Assembly (NCBI GenBank): GCA_965116905.1
Contig: OZ220732.1
Span: forward strand, 2,336,001 to 2,400,000
DNA length: 64,000 nucleotides
Direction of reading: 5' to 3'
DNA from: Longimicrobiales bacterium
Lineage (GTDB): Bacteria > Gemmatimonadota > Gemmatimonadetes > Longimicrobiales > Gaopeijiaceae
The notes under the pieces are model-generated. The model saw nothing but the letters and a program-made list of their open reading frames with translations, was not told the origin of the DNA and ran no database searches. Positions 1 through 10,111 of the stretch are shown here, in pieces. The first letter of the stretch is position 1. Every line of letters starts with the position of its first letter. A program made the position numbers and the translations under genes.

Positions 1-1120
1 CTCGGAGCTGCCGCGCTGCCGGAAGCTGTTCGAGGTCGTGCCCCCTGTCATCTACGTGTATTTCCTGCCGATGCTGGCGACTACAGCCGGGATCACACCG
101 GCGGCCTCTCCGCTCTACGACTGGACGGTTCCGTACCTCCTCCTCTTCGCGCTGCTGATGCTGATGGTGTCCGTCGACCTCGGCAGCGTCGCCAGGCTGG
201 GCCCCGTTGCCCTGTTCATGGTGGCGGCCGGGACGGTAGGCATCGTCATCGGCGGGCCGATATCGCTGATGCTCTTCGGAGGCATGCTGCCGGAGGATGC
301 GTGGACGGGGTTCGCGGCGTTGTCGGGGAGCTGGATCGGCGGCACGGCGAACATGGTGGCGATCGCCGAAAGCGTGGGGACGTCACCCGACGCGATGGGA
401 CCTGTGATCGTGGTCGACACGGTGGTCGGGTATGGCTGGATGGGCGTGCTGATCGCGCTGGTGGGACTGCAGGGCCGCTTCGACCGGCGCATGAAGGCGC
501 GCACCGATGTCATCGAACAGACCAACCGTCAGCTGGAGGCGATGAAGAGTGAGCGGCGCCCGCTGACGCTCCGCGATGCCATTGTGATGATCGGATTCGG
601 AATGGCGTGCGCGGTGGCGGCGCATTGGCTGGGGCAGCGGCTGGGGCAGTGGCTGCCGGCGGTCGGCGATCCCCCGATCATCAGCAGCACTACATGGGCC
701 ATTCTCATTGTCGTGACCGGTGGGCTGGTGCTCTCGTTCACCCGGCTCAGGAAGCTGGAGACGGTGGGCGCTTCGCATCTGGGCTACACGGCACTGTACC
801 TGCTGCTGGCCGGGATCGGGGCGCAGGCGGATCTCAGGGCGGTGCTGGACGCGCCCGTGTACCTGCTGGCGGGCGCGGTCTGGATTGCAATCCATCTGGG
901 CATCCTCCTGATCGCTGCGCGGATCGTGCGGGCGCCGTTCTTCTTCGTCGCGACCGGCAGCATGGCCAACATAGGCGGAGCGGCCTCGGCGCCGGTGGTC
1001 GCGGGCGTCTACCACCGCGCCATGGCCCCGATCGGACTGCTGATGGCGGTCGCCGGGTACATCCTCGGGATCTACGCGGCCCTGTTGTGCGCGTGGCTGC
1101 TGGGGCAGGTCGGGGGCTGA
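1..1120 (+). CDS. DUF819 family multi-pass membrane protein (5' end outside window)
   Basis: Frame is open from position 2. Many TM segments; motifs SGSWIGGTANMVA and SMANIGGAASAPVVA are typical of DUF819. Confidence 0.85.
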   Translation, partial: SELPRCRKLFEVVPPVIYVYFLPMLATTAGITPAASPLYDWTVPYLLLFALLMLMVSVDLGSVARLGPVALFMVAAGTVGIVIGGPISLMLFGGMLPEDAWTGFAALSGSWIGGTANMVAIAESVGTSPDAMGPVIVVDTVVGYGWMGVLIALVGLQGRFDRRMKARTDVIEQTNRQLEAMKSERRPLTLRDAIVMIGFGMACAVAAHWLGQRLGQWLPAVGDPPIISSTTWAILIVVTGGLVLSFTRLRKLETVGASHLGYTALYLLLAGIGAQADLRAVLDAPVYLLAGAVWIAIHLGILLIAARIVRAPFFFVATGSMANIGGAASAPVVAGVYHRAMAPIGLLMAVAGYILGIYAALLCAWLLGQVGG

Positions 1121-1308
1121 GGGCCGCCCGAGCCGCGGCGCTCGAAATGGCACTCCACGAAGAACAGGAACGTAGGGCATTGGAGGGCGAACTCTGGATG
1201 CTGGAGCGTGCGTGGCGGGAGGCTGAGGAGATTGCTGCGATCTCGGACAATCTGTTAGTGCGGAAGAGTGCGGAGGCGTTTATCGAGGAGCACCGGGGTG
1301 AGAGCTAG
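1120..1308 (+). pseudogene. Probable C-terminal remnant of a conserved hypothetical protein (LEMALHEEQERRALEGEL...AWREAEEIAAISDNLL)
   Basis: About 55-60 codons of protein-like helical sequence (ATG 1147, TAG 1308) with less GC-biased codons. I recall it as the C-terminus of a longer Gemmatimonadota family; unverified. Confidence 0.45.
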
Positions 1309-1957
1309 TCGCCGCGGGCGGCTGCGGCGGCTGCCACTGCGGCTGCTCCGCTGGGCCGTGTTGGCAGTCATCCTGGCGATTGTCCCGTTCTTCCTCCTCA
1401 TTCGCGGCGGCGTGTTCGCGTACGAGCAGTGGGGGCTGGGTCCGTGGCCATCGCTGGCGGTGTCGGCCGCAGCGACCGCACTTCTCCTGGTCGTCTACGC
1501 CTGGGCCCTGGGCCGCCGTCTCGGCGCGGGGAAGGGGCTCAGGTGGCTGATGACCCGGGGCGCGGCGGCCCTGGCGGTGGCATACATCGCCTACTCGGTC
1601 GTCTACGTGGGAAGCGCCAACGTCAAGTCCGACGAGGTGCGCGCAGAGTACGCGGCCCTCCACCCGCTGCTGCGCCTGGCCGCGAGCGCCGTCTTCCTCG
1701 CGGACGCGGGCGCGGTCATCACGGACGCGAGCCGCACCCCCGACTTCTACCGCCGGATGGGACTCTCACCGAACGAGTCGTCGCTGCACTTCAGACAGGA
1801 CGACGGCTTTGTGCACGCGCTGGACCTGCGCACGGTCGGCCGCCCCGAGTGGAGGAACCGCGCCGTCGAACTGACGTTCCGGGCGCTTGGCTTCAATACG
1901 CTGCGTCACGTGGGGACGGCGGACCATCTGCATGTCTCGGTGAGGTCGCCGGGATAG
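1298..1957 (+). CDS. Membrane protein with C-terminal peptidase M15-like (LAS/Hedgehog fold) domain
   Basis: GTG 1298 follows GAGGAG. Three TM helices, then ITDASRT...SLH-x11-D...DHLHVS, resembling M15 zinc motifs. Confidence 0.55.
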   Translation: MRASRRGRLRRLPLRLLRWAVLAVILAIVPFFLLIRGGVFAYEQWGLGPWPSLAVSAAATALLLVVYAWALGRRLGAGKGLRWLMTRGAAALAVAYIAYSVVYVGSANVKSDEVRAEYAALHPLLRLAASAVFLADAGAVITDASRTPDFYRRMGLSPNESSLHFRQDDGFVHALDLRTVGRPEWRNRAVELTFRALGFNTLRHVGTADHLHVSVRSPG

Positions 1958-2076
1958 GGCGACCAAGGCCATCAGCGACTGCCGACTCGAAGTGACCCCA
2001 ATCCTCGTCGGCGGCTGCCATGGCTCGGTAGGTCTCCTCCCAGGTCAGTTTCCCCGCGCCACAGCCGCACCTCTCC

Positions 2077-3141
<1,065 letters not shown>

Positions 3142-3148
3142 TCTCTTC

Positions 3149-4510
3149 CTACCCTTCTTCTGCCTGAATCATCGCTGCCACGGCCTGCACTTCGTCGAGA
3201 ACGCGCAAGAGGTTGCCGCTCCAGAGCATGCCGATTTCCTCTTCGGTGTAGCCGCGCCGGACCAGCTCCAGCGTGACGTTGAAGGTTTCCGACGCGTCGT
3301 CCCAGCCCGCCACGCCGCCGCCGCCATCGAAGTCCGAGCTGATGCCGACGTGCTCGAGGCCGATGAGGTTGACCATGTAGTCGATCTGGTCGACGAAATC
3401 GGCCACGCTGACGTCGGGGGGGATGTCCATATCGGCCGCCCGCTCCGCTGCCGTGGTCCGGACCTGGGACATCTGCTCGAAGTAGGCGTCGCGTTCGTCT
3501 GGGGGAAGGGCGAACATTCCGCCCCGTCCGAGTATCTCGACGCCCATTTCGGCTGCGACCTCCGCCTCGATCGCGTCCATGGCCTCGCGGTGGGCAGCGT
3601 TTCGGGTCGTGTTGACGAAGGAGCGCAGTGCGACCGTCTGCACCACGCCGCCGTTCGCAGCCACCGCGTGCAGCTGCTCGTCGTCGAGGTTGCGGCTCAC
3701 GTCGCTCAGCCCGCGGGCGGATGAGTGCGACGCCATTACGGGCGCCCGGGTCATCTCCAGCGTCTGCATGATCGAGGGTTTCGACGGGTGCGAGATGTCG
3801 ATCATGATCCCGAGCCGGTTCATCTCGGCGACCGCCTCCCGGCCCATCTCGCTCAGGCCACCGTGCAGGAAGTCGCCGTCGTTCTCGCCGGAGTGCGCGT
3901 CGGACAGCTGGTTCGGGCCGGTGTGTGCGAGCGACATGTAGCGCGCGCCCCGCTCGTGGAACTCCTCGACGCGCGAGATGTCGGTCCCCAGCGGATACGC
4001 GTTCTCGACCCCGATCATCGCGACCAGCTTGCCCGACGTCGCGATCCGCCGGACATCGTCGGAGGTGAGCGCCAGCTCGATCCGGTCGGGCGCGTACTCG
4101 TTCACCATGCGGTGGATGGCGTCGAACTTGTCGACCGCGTTCTCGTAGGCCGTCGCGTAGCCTTCGTCGTTGAGCAGGCCCTGGGAGGTGTAGACGACGA
4201 ACCAGCCGACGTCGAGCCCGCCCGCCTCCATCTTCGGCAGCGTGACCTGAGTGGGCAGGTCCGTGGTGTAGTTTCGCTCGGCGGTGAAGTTCGACGTGCT
4301 GATGTCGATGTGCGTGTCGAGCGTGACGACCCGGTCGTGTATCTCGCGGGCCCGTTGCGTCATTGCCTCTTCGGACTCCCCGGCGGGGTCGCCGCCAGCG
4401 TCGTCGGCCGGGGCGCAGGCAGCGGCGGAGGTCGTGAAGGCCAGGGCGAGGGAAAGGGCGAGCGGCATTGCGGGGCTCGTGGCGGTGTTCGTTGGTTGGC
4501 GAATCGTCAT
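3149..4510 (-). CDS. Membrane dipeptidase (peptidase M19), probable lipoprotein
   Basis: Motifs DTHID, GVEN, DISH, ASHS, GISSDFDGG; lipobox-like AAAC. Start could be 4468. Confidence 0.9.
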   Translation of the reverse strand: MTIRQPTNTATSPAMPLALSLALAFTTSAAACAPADDAGGDPAGESEEAMTQRAREIHDRVVTLDTHIDISTSNFTAERNYTTDLPTQVTLPKMEAGGLDVGWFVVYTSQGLLNDEGYATAYENAVDKFDAIHRMVNEYAPDRIELALTSDDVRRIATSGKLVAMIGVENAYPLGTDISRVEEFHERGARYMSLAHTGPNQLSDAHSGENDGDFLHGGLSEMGREAVAEMNRLGIMIDISHPSKPSIMQTLEMTRAPVMASHSSARGLSDVSRNLDDEQLHAVAANGGVVQTVALRSFVNTTRNAAHREAMDAIEAEVAAEMGVEILGRGGMFALPPDERDAYFEQMSQVRTTAAERAADMDIPPDVSVADFVDQIDYMVNLIGLEHVGISSDFDGGGGVAGWDDASETFNVTLELVRRGYTEEEIGMLWSGNLLRVLDEVQAVAAMIQAEEG

Positions 4511-4622
4511 GGGCGGGCGCTCCGATGCTCCGGTGGGACATGCTCGGCACTCAAGATAGGGGACGGGGCGGCGCTCGGCATCTACGGTGCTCCCGTCGGT
4601 ATCTTTGTGGACGAGACCTGTT

Positions 4623-4666
4623 CACATCCTCCAGCAACTCCACCCACATCCTCCAGCAACTCCACC
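4623..4666. repeat. Perfect 22-bp tandem duplication CACATCCTCCAGCAACTCCACC x2
   Basis: Read directly at 4623-4644 and 4645-4666, just upstream of the cupin ATG. Confidence 0.9.
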
Positions 4667-4677
4667 GGGACCTCGCC

Positions 4678-5001
4678 ATGGGAATCATCGACTCCACCCG
4701 CCAGCGCCGCTTCTCGCCCGAGAAGATGCAGAAGCTCAACCTGTTCGAGACCGACCAGATGTTCTGCGACATCTACTGCCTGGGGCCCGGGCAGGTCCAG
4801 CACGTCCACACCCATGCGGGCGCGACGAAGTTCTACTATGTGATCGAGGGCGAGGGCCGCTTTACGGTGGGTGAGCGGCGCGAGCGCCTGGGCCCCGGTG
4901 CGGTGGCGTGGTCGGAGCCGGACGAGCCGCACGGCGTGGCGAACGAGTCCGATGGCGACCTGGTTTTGCTGGTGGCGATGGCGCCGAATCCGAATCGGTA
5001 G
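4678..5001 (+). CDS. Cupin domain protein
   Basis: PGQVQHVHTH...YYVIEGEG...HGVAN cupin-2 motifs; ATG 4678. Confidence 0.85.
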   Translation: MGIIDSTRQRRFSPEKMQKLNLFETDQMFCDIYCLGPGQVQHVHTHAGATKFYYVIEGEGRFTVGERRERLGPGAVAWSEPDEPHGVANESDGDLVLLVAMAPNPNR

Positions 5002-5013
5002 GGGGGTCCGCGC

Positions 5014-5562
5014 ATGTCCACGATGCTGTTCGGTGTCGCGGTCGTGATCCTCGTGGCCGCGTTGGCGGGCGCGGTGTGGTCGGTCGCCGTCCCGGACAGG
5101 CGGTTGTGGCCGCCGCCAAGCCTTAGTTCCTGGCCGTACCGGCTGAACTGGGCGGGCTTCTGGGTGGTGTGCGGGATCAATGTCCTGCTGCTTCTCATGT
5201 ACTGGAACTCGTGGGTCTTTCAGAGTCCCTTCCGGTTCCTTTTCGGGGTCCCGCTGGTGGTGCTCGGCGGCCTGCTGGCCCTGTGGGGAATGGTTGCCGC
5301 GGGCTGGAGGAACACGAGCGGGTTGAACGACGGATTCGTGACGTCGGGCCCCTACCGATTCACGCGCAATCCTCAGTACGTGGGAGACATCGCGTTCTTC
5401 GTCGGTGTCAGCGTGATCGCCAATTCGCTGTTCCTGTGGGTCACGCATCTGCTGCTGGTCATGGTGTTCGTGGTGGCGCCCTTCGCCGAGGAGCCCTGGC
5501 TGGATGAGCAGTACGGGGACGCCTACCGGGAGTATCGGAAGAGGGTGCGGCGGTTTTTGTGA
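5014..5562 (+). CDS. PEMT/isoprenylcysteine carboxylmethyltransferase family membrane methyltransferase
   Basis: GPYRFTRNPQY and EEPWL...YGDAYREYRKRVRRFL motifs; TM segments. Confidence 0.85.
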   Translation: MSTMLFGVAVVILVAALAGAVWSVAVPDRRLWPPPSLSSWPYRLNWAGFWVVCGINVLLLLMYWNSWVFQSPFRFLFGVPLVVLGGLLALWGMVAAGWRNTSGLNDGFVTSGPYRFTRNPQYVGDIAFFVGVSVIANSLFLWVTHLLLVMVFVVAPFAEEPWLDEQYGDAYREYRKRVRRFL

Positions 5563-5741
5563 CGGGGCGGGCGGTTCTCTGTCCAGCCCCGGTGCAGGTT
5601 CATCCGCAGACAGTCAACTCGATGCGTGCGATCATTTCAGTTCGCCGCTGTCTGCGTTCTTGCGCTCTCATAGATCATATGATAGGATTTCAGTGCGATA
5701 TACGCCCAAAATAGCAAATTATTCGGTCATGGAGAAATCAA

Positions 5742-6740
5742 ATGAGTGTACACGATTCAGGGCTCGAACCCCACGAAACTGAGTGTCGGCGGCTGGGCGT
5801 CCTCACTCCAGCTGAAATCCGGGCGCTACGTAAGGATTACGACATGTCCCGTGCCGAGTTTGCGCGGGTCACCGGCTTCGGGGAAGCCACCCTGGCCCGC
5901 TGGGAACGTGGCGAGGTGATTCAGAACACGTCCAATGACAGCTTCCTGAGAATGCTGATGGACAGGGACGCCATGAAGAGCCTGTCTCGCATGACCCAAT
6001 ACGAGGACAAACTGGGGCGCGAGTTCAGCATGATCTTTCACAGCCTGAACAACGACTGGGCCTCGGCCCTCGTGAGGTACAAGGAGTTCCGGGAACTGTT
6101 CGGTACCGCGGAGCGGGTCAAGCTCCTGAACGCGATTGGTGGCGGGTTGTTCTGGGATGTTCAGCAGGTGTTCTGGAGCGACTTGATGTTGCGCTTGACG
6201 AGATTGACCGATCCTCCGAAGAGCGCTGGCAAGGACAACCTGACGGTCCAAAGGCTCCCGGGTCTGTGTGAGGACTCGGATCTGAGAGAGGAAATCGCGG
6301 GCCTTGTCCGCGAAGCGGTTGCTGCAACAGCGTTTGCTCGCGATTGGCGAAACCGGCGCATCGGTCATGCGGACCTGGCTCGGGCGATTGATCCATGCCC
6401 GGAGCCGCTGACGGAGGCCACGCTGCCGAAGGCGAAGGCAGCGCTTGATGCGGTCCACAAGGTGTTGGACACAATCAGCGTGCGACTACTTCACACGGGC
6501 ATCGTAAACGTGGTGGTCACTCGACCTCGAGCCCGCGCGTTCATTGCGTACGTCAGCCAGCTGATCGGAGCGGTGCAATGCGTGGACTCGATCATGGACC
6601 CGAGTGGTCAAAAGCCGGTCACGGACCGAGCAGCAGCGGAGACTTTCCTGCGGAAGCTCCAATGCCGGCCCACCTGGCAGAATACGAAGCAGGTTTTCGA
6701 GCTGCGGCAGGCGGCTCGGCGTTTTCCAATGACACCGTGA
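5742..6740 (+). CDS. MqsA-type HTH fused to AbiU2-like HEPN domain
   Basis: LTPAEIRALRK...SRAEFARVTGFGEATLARWERG (XRE HTH), followed in frame by RLTDP...KDNLT...RDWRNRRIGH (HEPN Rx4-6H). Confidence 0.7.
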   Translation: MSVHDSGLEPHETECRRLGVLTPAEIRALRKDYDMSRAEFARVTGFGEATLARWERGEVIQNTSNDSFLRMLMDRDAMKSLSRMTQYEDKLGREFSMIFHSLNNDWASALVRYKEFRELFGTAERVKLLNAIGGGLFWDVQQVFWSDLMLRLTRLTDPPKSAGKDNLTVQRLPGLCEDSDLREEIAGLVREAVAATAFARDWRNRRIGHADLARAIDPCPEPLTEATLPKAKAALDAVHKVLDTISVRLLHTGIVNVVVTRPRARAFIAYVSQLIGAVQCVDSIMDPSGQKPVTDRAAAETFLRKLQCRPTWQNTKQVFELRQAARRFPMTP

Positions 6741-6812
6741 GCGTAGCCTGGATGCCAGGTGTCCATCCGACCATCGGCACCGGCCCCCGCTGGTCACGGA
6801 GGAGGGCTCGCG

Positions 6813-6828
6813 CGTTTCAGCTGAAACG
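6813..6828. promoter_or_regulatory. Perfect 16-bp palindrome CGTTTCAGCTGAAACG (parS-like), copy 1, intergenic
   Basis: Read directly; recurs at 42565 and 45545. Function inferred. Confidence 0.6.
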
Positions 6829-6848
6829 TCTCGTCCAGTTACATGCAC

Positions 6849-8624
6849 CTAATCCCACCCCACCTGCCCCTGTCCCCCCGCCGACTCCACCCGAATCATC
6901 AGGATGTCGATGTCGTGGTACTGCTGGTGGCGGATCGATGACGCGTAGTGCCGCAACAGCCGCAGCGGTATCTCGGCCTCCGCGGGGACGCTGACCGCCG
7001 CCTCGCTGAGCATCGCCAACTGATCCTCGATGTTGGTCTCGTCCGTGGTCGCGATGAACTCCAGATCGGCGGCCTTCCCGTCGGCGCGGGCGATCAGCAG
7101 CAGGCGCCGGTCGCGGTCCGCCGCCTCTGCGTCGTCACCTGTCAGGATGTGCATCGTCTCTTCACCCACGGCGCGCAGCCGCGTCTCCATCTCGTCCCCC
7201 CAGCCCTTCCGTCGGGCGGCGAAATCGGCGAGGAACGCGTCGACTTCGGGCCACGTCTCGGCGGTCAGGCGGGTCTTGAGGCGCGCCCGGCCCCCACCGG
7301 CGAACTCCCCGACCATCGTCAGCAGGATCACGGTCAGGCCACCGACGGTCATGCCGTTGCCGAGCAGCTCGCCCCAGGCCCCCGACAGGTACTCCGGGTA
7401 GACCCAGTCGAACTGGAAGGCGATGCCGAGCCAGAACGCGACGCCGACCACGAGGCCCTTTCGGTGGTCCAGTCCTTCCGACAGCAGGATCTTCATCCCG
7501 AAGACGAAGATGACCGCAACGATGATCACGTAGTAGGCCGCGACTACCGGCCCGGGAATCGCGACGAGCAGCGAGACGAATTTGGGGAGGAAGGCGAACA
7601 CGACGAACACGGCACCGACGCAGACTCCGATGCGGCGCGCGGCGACTCCGGTCAGTTCGGCCACGGCGATGCTCATTCCGTAGGTAGTGTTCGGAACGGT
7701 GCCGGCCAGGCCCGACAGAAGATTGCCCACGCCGTCGGCGCCGATTGCGCCCTGAATCGAGCGGAAGTCGATCGCGCGGGGCTTGCGCCACGAGACCCGC
7801 TGAATCGCGATGCTGTCTCCGAGCGTGTCCATCGCGCCCACGAGCGTCACCATGATGAAGGACGGCAGCAGGGCCCAGAACTCCGGCCGGAAGCTGAGGT
7901 CGACCCCGGGATAGGCCAGATCCGGCAGGCCGATCCAGGCGGCCTCGGCAACGGTGGTCATGTCGTAGATGCCGAAGCCCAGGCCTGCGGTCAGGCCCCC
8001 GGCGGCAATACCGATCGCGGGCGCCCACAGCCGCAGCACACCCGAGAAACGTAGCGGGATGAGCAGCGTGACGAGCAGCGTGACGCCTGCTGTCACCGGT
8101 CCGGCGGCCGGATGCGCGCCCGCGGGCACCTCGGCCAGCTTTTGAATGATGAGTGGGGTGAGCGTAATCGGGATGAGAATCAGGACGGTGCCCGCGACCG
8201 TTGGCGTGAAGATCTTCCGCAGCAGCGCCATCCGTGCCGCCAGGACGAACTGAATCAGCGACGAGGCGATGATGAGGGTCGCGAGCATCCCCGGCCCGCC
8301 CTGCTGGATGGCGGACACGCTCACGGCGAGAAACGCGCCGGTGCTTCCCATGACGAGGATGTAGCCGGCCCCGATGCGCCCGAACTTGCGAGCCTGGATG
8401 GCCGTCGTGAGCCCGCTGATGATCAGCGCCGCGAACACCGCCCAGGACAGGTACTCGTCGCTTCCTCCCGCGACGGTGATCATGATCATCGGGGTCAGCA
8501 CGATGCTGGCCAGGCAGATCATTGCGTACTGCACGCCGAGCCCGATGGTGATGGGCAGCGGGGGCCGTTCGTCAGGCTCGTAGCGGACGTCCTGGCGGGC
8601 GTGCGCCGGGCTTGAGCTGCTCAT
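6849..8624 (-). CDS. NCS2 xanthine/uracil permease family protein with soluble C-terminal extension
   Basis: VRYEPDERPP..GVQY start, ADGVGNLLSGLAGTVPNTTY signature, many TMs. ATG 8624 overlaps the upstream TGA (ATGA). Confidence 0.85.
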   Translation of the reverse strand: MSSSSPAHARQDVRYEPDERPPLPITIGLGVQYAMICLASIVLTPMIMITVAGGSDEYLSWAVFAALIISGLTTAIQARKFGRIGAGYILVMGSTGAFLAVSVSAIQQGGPGMLATLIIASSLIQFVLAARMALLRKIFTPTVAGTVLILIPITLTPLIIQKLAEVPAGAHPAAGPVTAGVTLLVTLLIPLRFSGVLRLWAPAIGIAAGGLTAGLGFGIYDMTTVAEAAWIGLPDLAYPGVDLSFRPEFWALLPSFIMVTLVGAMDTLGDSIAIQRVSWRKPRAIDFRSIQGAIGADGVGNLLSGLAGTVPNTTYGMSIAVAELTGVAARRIGVCVGAVFVVFAFLPKFVSLLVAIPGPVVAAYYVIIVAVIFVFGMKILLSEGLDHRKGLVVGVAFWLGIAFQFDWVYPEYLSGAWGELLGNGMTVGGLTVILLTMVGEFAGGGRARLKTRLTAETWPEVDAFLADFAARRKGWGDEMETRLRAVGEETMHILTGDDAEAADRDRRLLLIARADGKAADLEFIATTDETNIEDQLAMLSEAAVSVPAEAEIPLRLLRHYASSIRHQQYHDIDILMIRVESAGGQGQVGWD

Positions 8625-10111
8625 CCGGGGCGCCACAACTCGGGGTGAGTCTCCAGCCTGTCCACCGCTTCCCGCAGCACTTCAAGCGCCAGTTCGATGG
8701 TGTCGAGGTGAGTGCGAAACGCGAGAGCCGCCATCCGCAACATGAACGTGTCCCCGACGGTTGTGGAGGACATGAAGACGCGGCCGTCGCGGTGCGTCTC
8801 CTCGACGAGTGCCTGGTTGAACGCGTTTGCGCTGCCTGACTCCGGCACCCACCGGAAGGTCACCACGGTGAGATCCAGGTTCGGCCCCACCTCGAATCCG
8901 AGTGACTTGACCTCGCGGTGGAAGTACTTCGCCAGTTCGAGCTTCTCACGCAGGCACGCCCGGAACGGCTCCTCGCCGTGCAGCAGCAGCGGCAGCCAGA
9001 CGCGGAGCGCGCGGAAGTGCTTGGTCAGCTCGGGCGATACGGCGGCGGGCGAACGGCCTCCCCCCTCCGACTCGACCGTGTCCTGCAGGTAGCTGGCGTA
9101 GTAGGCGTGCGCGTCCTGCAGCGCGTCGCGGTTCTGGACCAGGACGGCACCCGTTCCGTACGGCAGGAACATCCCCTTATGGGGGTCGAGGACCACCGAG
9201 TCCGAGCGCTCCAGGCCGGCGAGCGCGGGCCGGAACTCCGGGAGCAGCGCGAAGAAGCCGCCGTACGCCGCGTCGACGTGGAACCACAGGTCCTCCCGCT
9301 CGGCGATGTCGGCGATGCGGTCCAGCGGATCGATCGCGCCCGTGTCGGCGGTGCCGGCCGAGCCGAGGACGAGCCAGGGCCGCAGACCGCGGGCCCGGTC
9401 CGCCGCGACGAGTTCGGAGAGCGAGTCGGGACAGAGGCGGAAGCCGTCGTCCACCGCGACATCGCGCTTTACCGTCTCGCCCATTCCGGCCACGCGGATC
9501 GCCTTGTGCACGCACTGGTGAATGTGGGGCGTGGCGTACACCACGGCCCGCTCGAAATCACGGGCCCGCAGCCCGGCCGCCTCGCGGGCTGCAACGATTG
9601 CGGTCAGGCTCGCGATGGACCCGCCCGAGGCAAGGTTGCCGTCCGCGCTCTCCGGATATCCGACGAGCCGCGCCATCCACTCGAGTACCAGGTCCTCCAT
9701 CTCGACGGATCCGGGCCCCACAAAGCGGACGCCCGCGTATTCGTTCGTTACCGCCGCGAGGTAGTCGGCGAGCGACGAGGCGTAGATTCCGCCCCCGGGG
9801 ATGTAGCCCAGATGGCCCTGGTGGGAAGGCAGGAGCCCCGGCCGCACGACGGACCGGTCGAAGCGGTCGATGAGTTGCTCGATGGGGCGGGTCTCGTGTC
9901 CCAGGTCGAGCCGTCGGAGTTCCGAGACCGCCGACTTGTCGTGGTTGTACGCCGGCGCCTCCGGCAGGGCGCTCAGGAGTTGCTGGGCGTACCCGTGGGC
10001 CGCGCGCATGAGCCGGTCCCGGCCGGCCGAGTCCGGGTCCAGCGACCGCGCCGCCTCCTCCAATTCGAGAATCCGCCTGGACGCTGCCGGGCGGGTCACG
10101 CGCACCGTCAC
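8621..10111 (-). CDS. Group II PLP-dependent decarboxylase (aromatic-L-amino-acid decarboxylase family)
   Basis: Motifs SGGS, AGTADTGAIDPL, WFHVDAAYGG, DPHK (PLP lysine). GTG 10111 overlaps the upstream stop. Confidence 0.88.
   Translation of the reverse strand: MTVRVTRPAASRRILELEEAARSLDPDSAGRDRLMRAAHGYAQQLLSALPEAPAYNHDKSAVSELRRLDLGHETRPIEQLIDRFDRSVVRPGLLPSHQGHLGYIPGGGIYASSLADYLAAVTNEYAGVRFVGPGSVEMEDLVLEWMARLVGYPESADGNLASGGSIASLTAIVAAREAAGLRARDFERAVVYATPHIHQCVHKAIRVAGMGETVKRDVAVDDGFRLCPDSLSELVAADRARGLRPWLVLGSAGTADTGAIDPLDRIADIAEREDLWFHVDAAYGGFFALLPEFRPALAGLERSDSVVLDPHKGMFLPYGTGAVLVQNRDALQDAHAYYASYLQDTVESEGGGRSPAAVSPELTKHFRALRVWLPLLLHGEEPFRACLREKLELAKYFHREVKSLGFEVGPNLDLTVVTFRWVPESGSANAFNQALVEETHRDGRVFMSSTTVGDTFMLRMAALAFRTHLDTIELALEVLREAVDRLETHPELWRPG

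Noticed and set aside
5805..5820. Fourth copy of the parS-like palindrome (CTCCAGCTGAAATC)
   Set aside because: Only the core CAGCTGAAA matches and it encodes the conserved TPAEI of the HTH.
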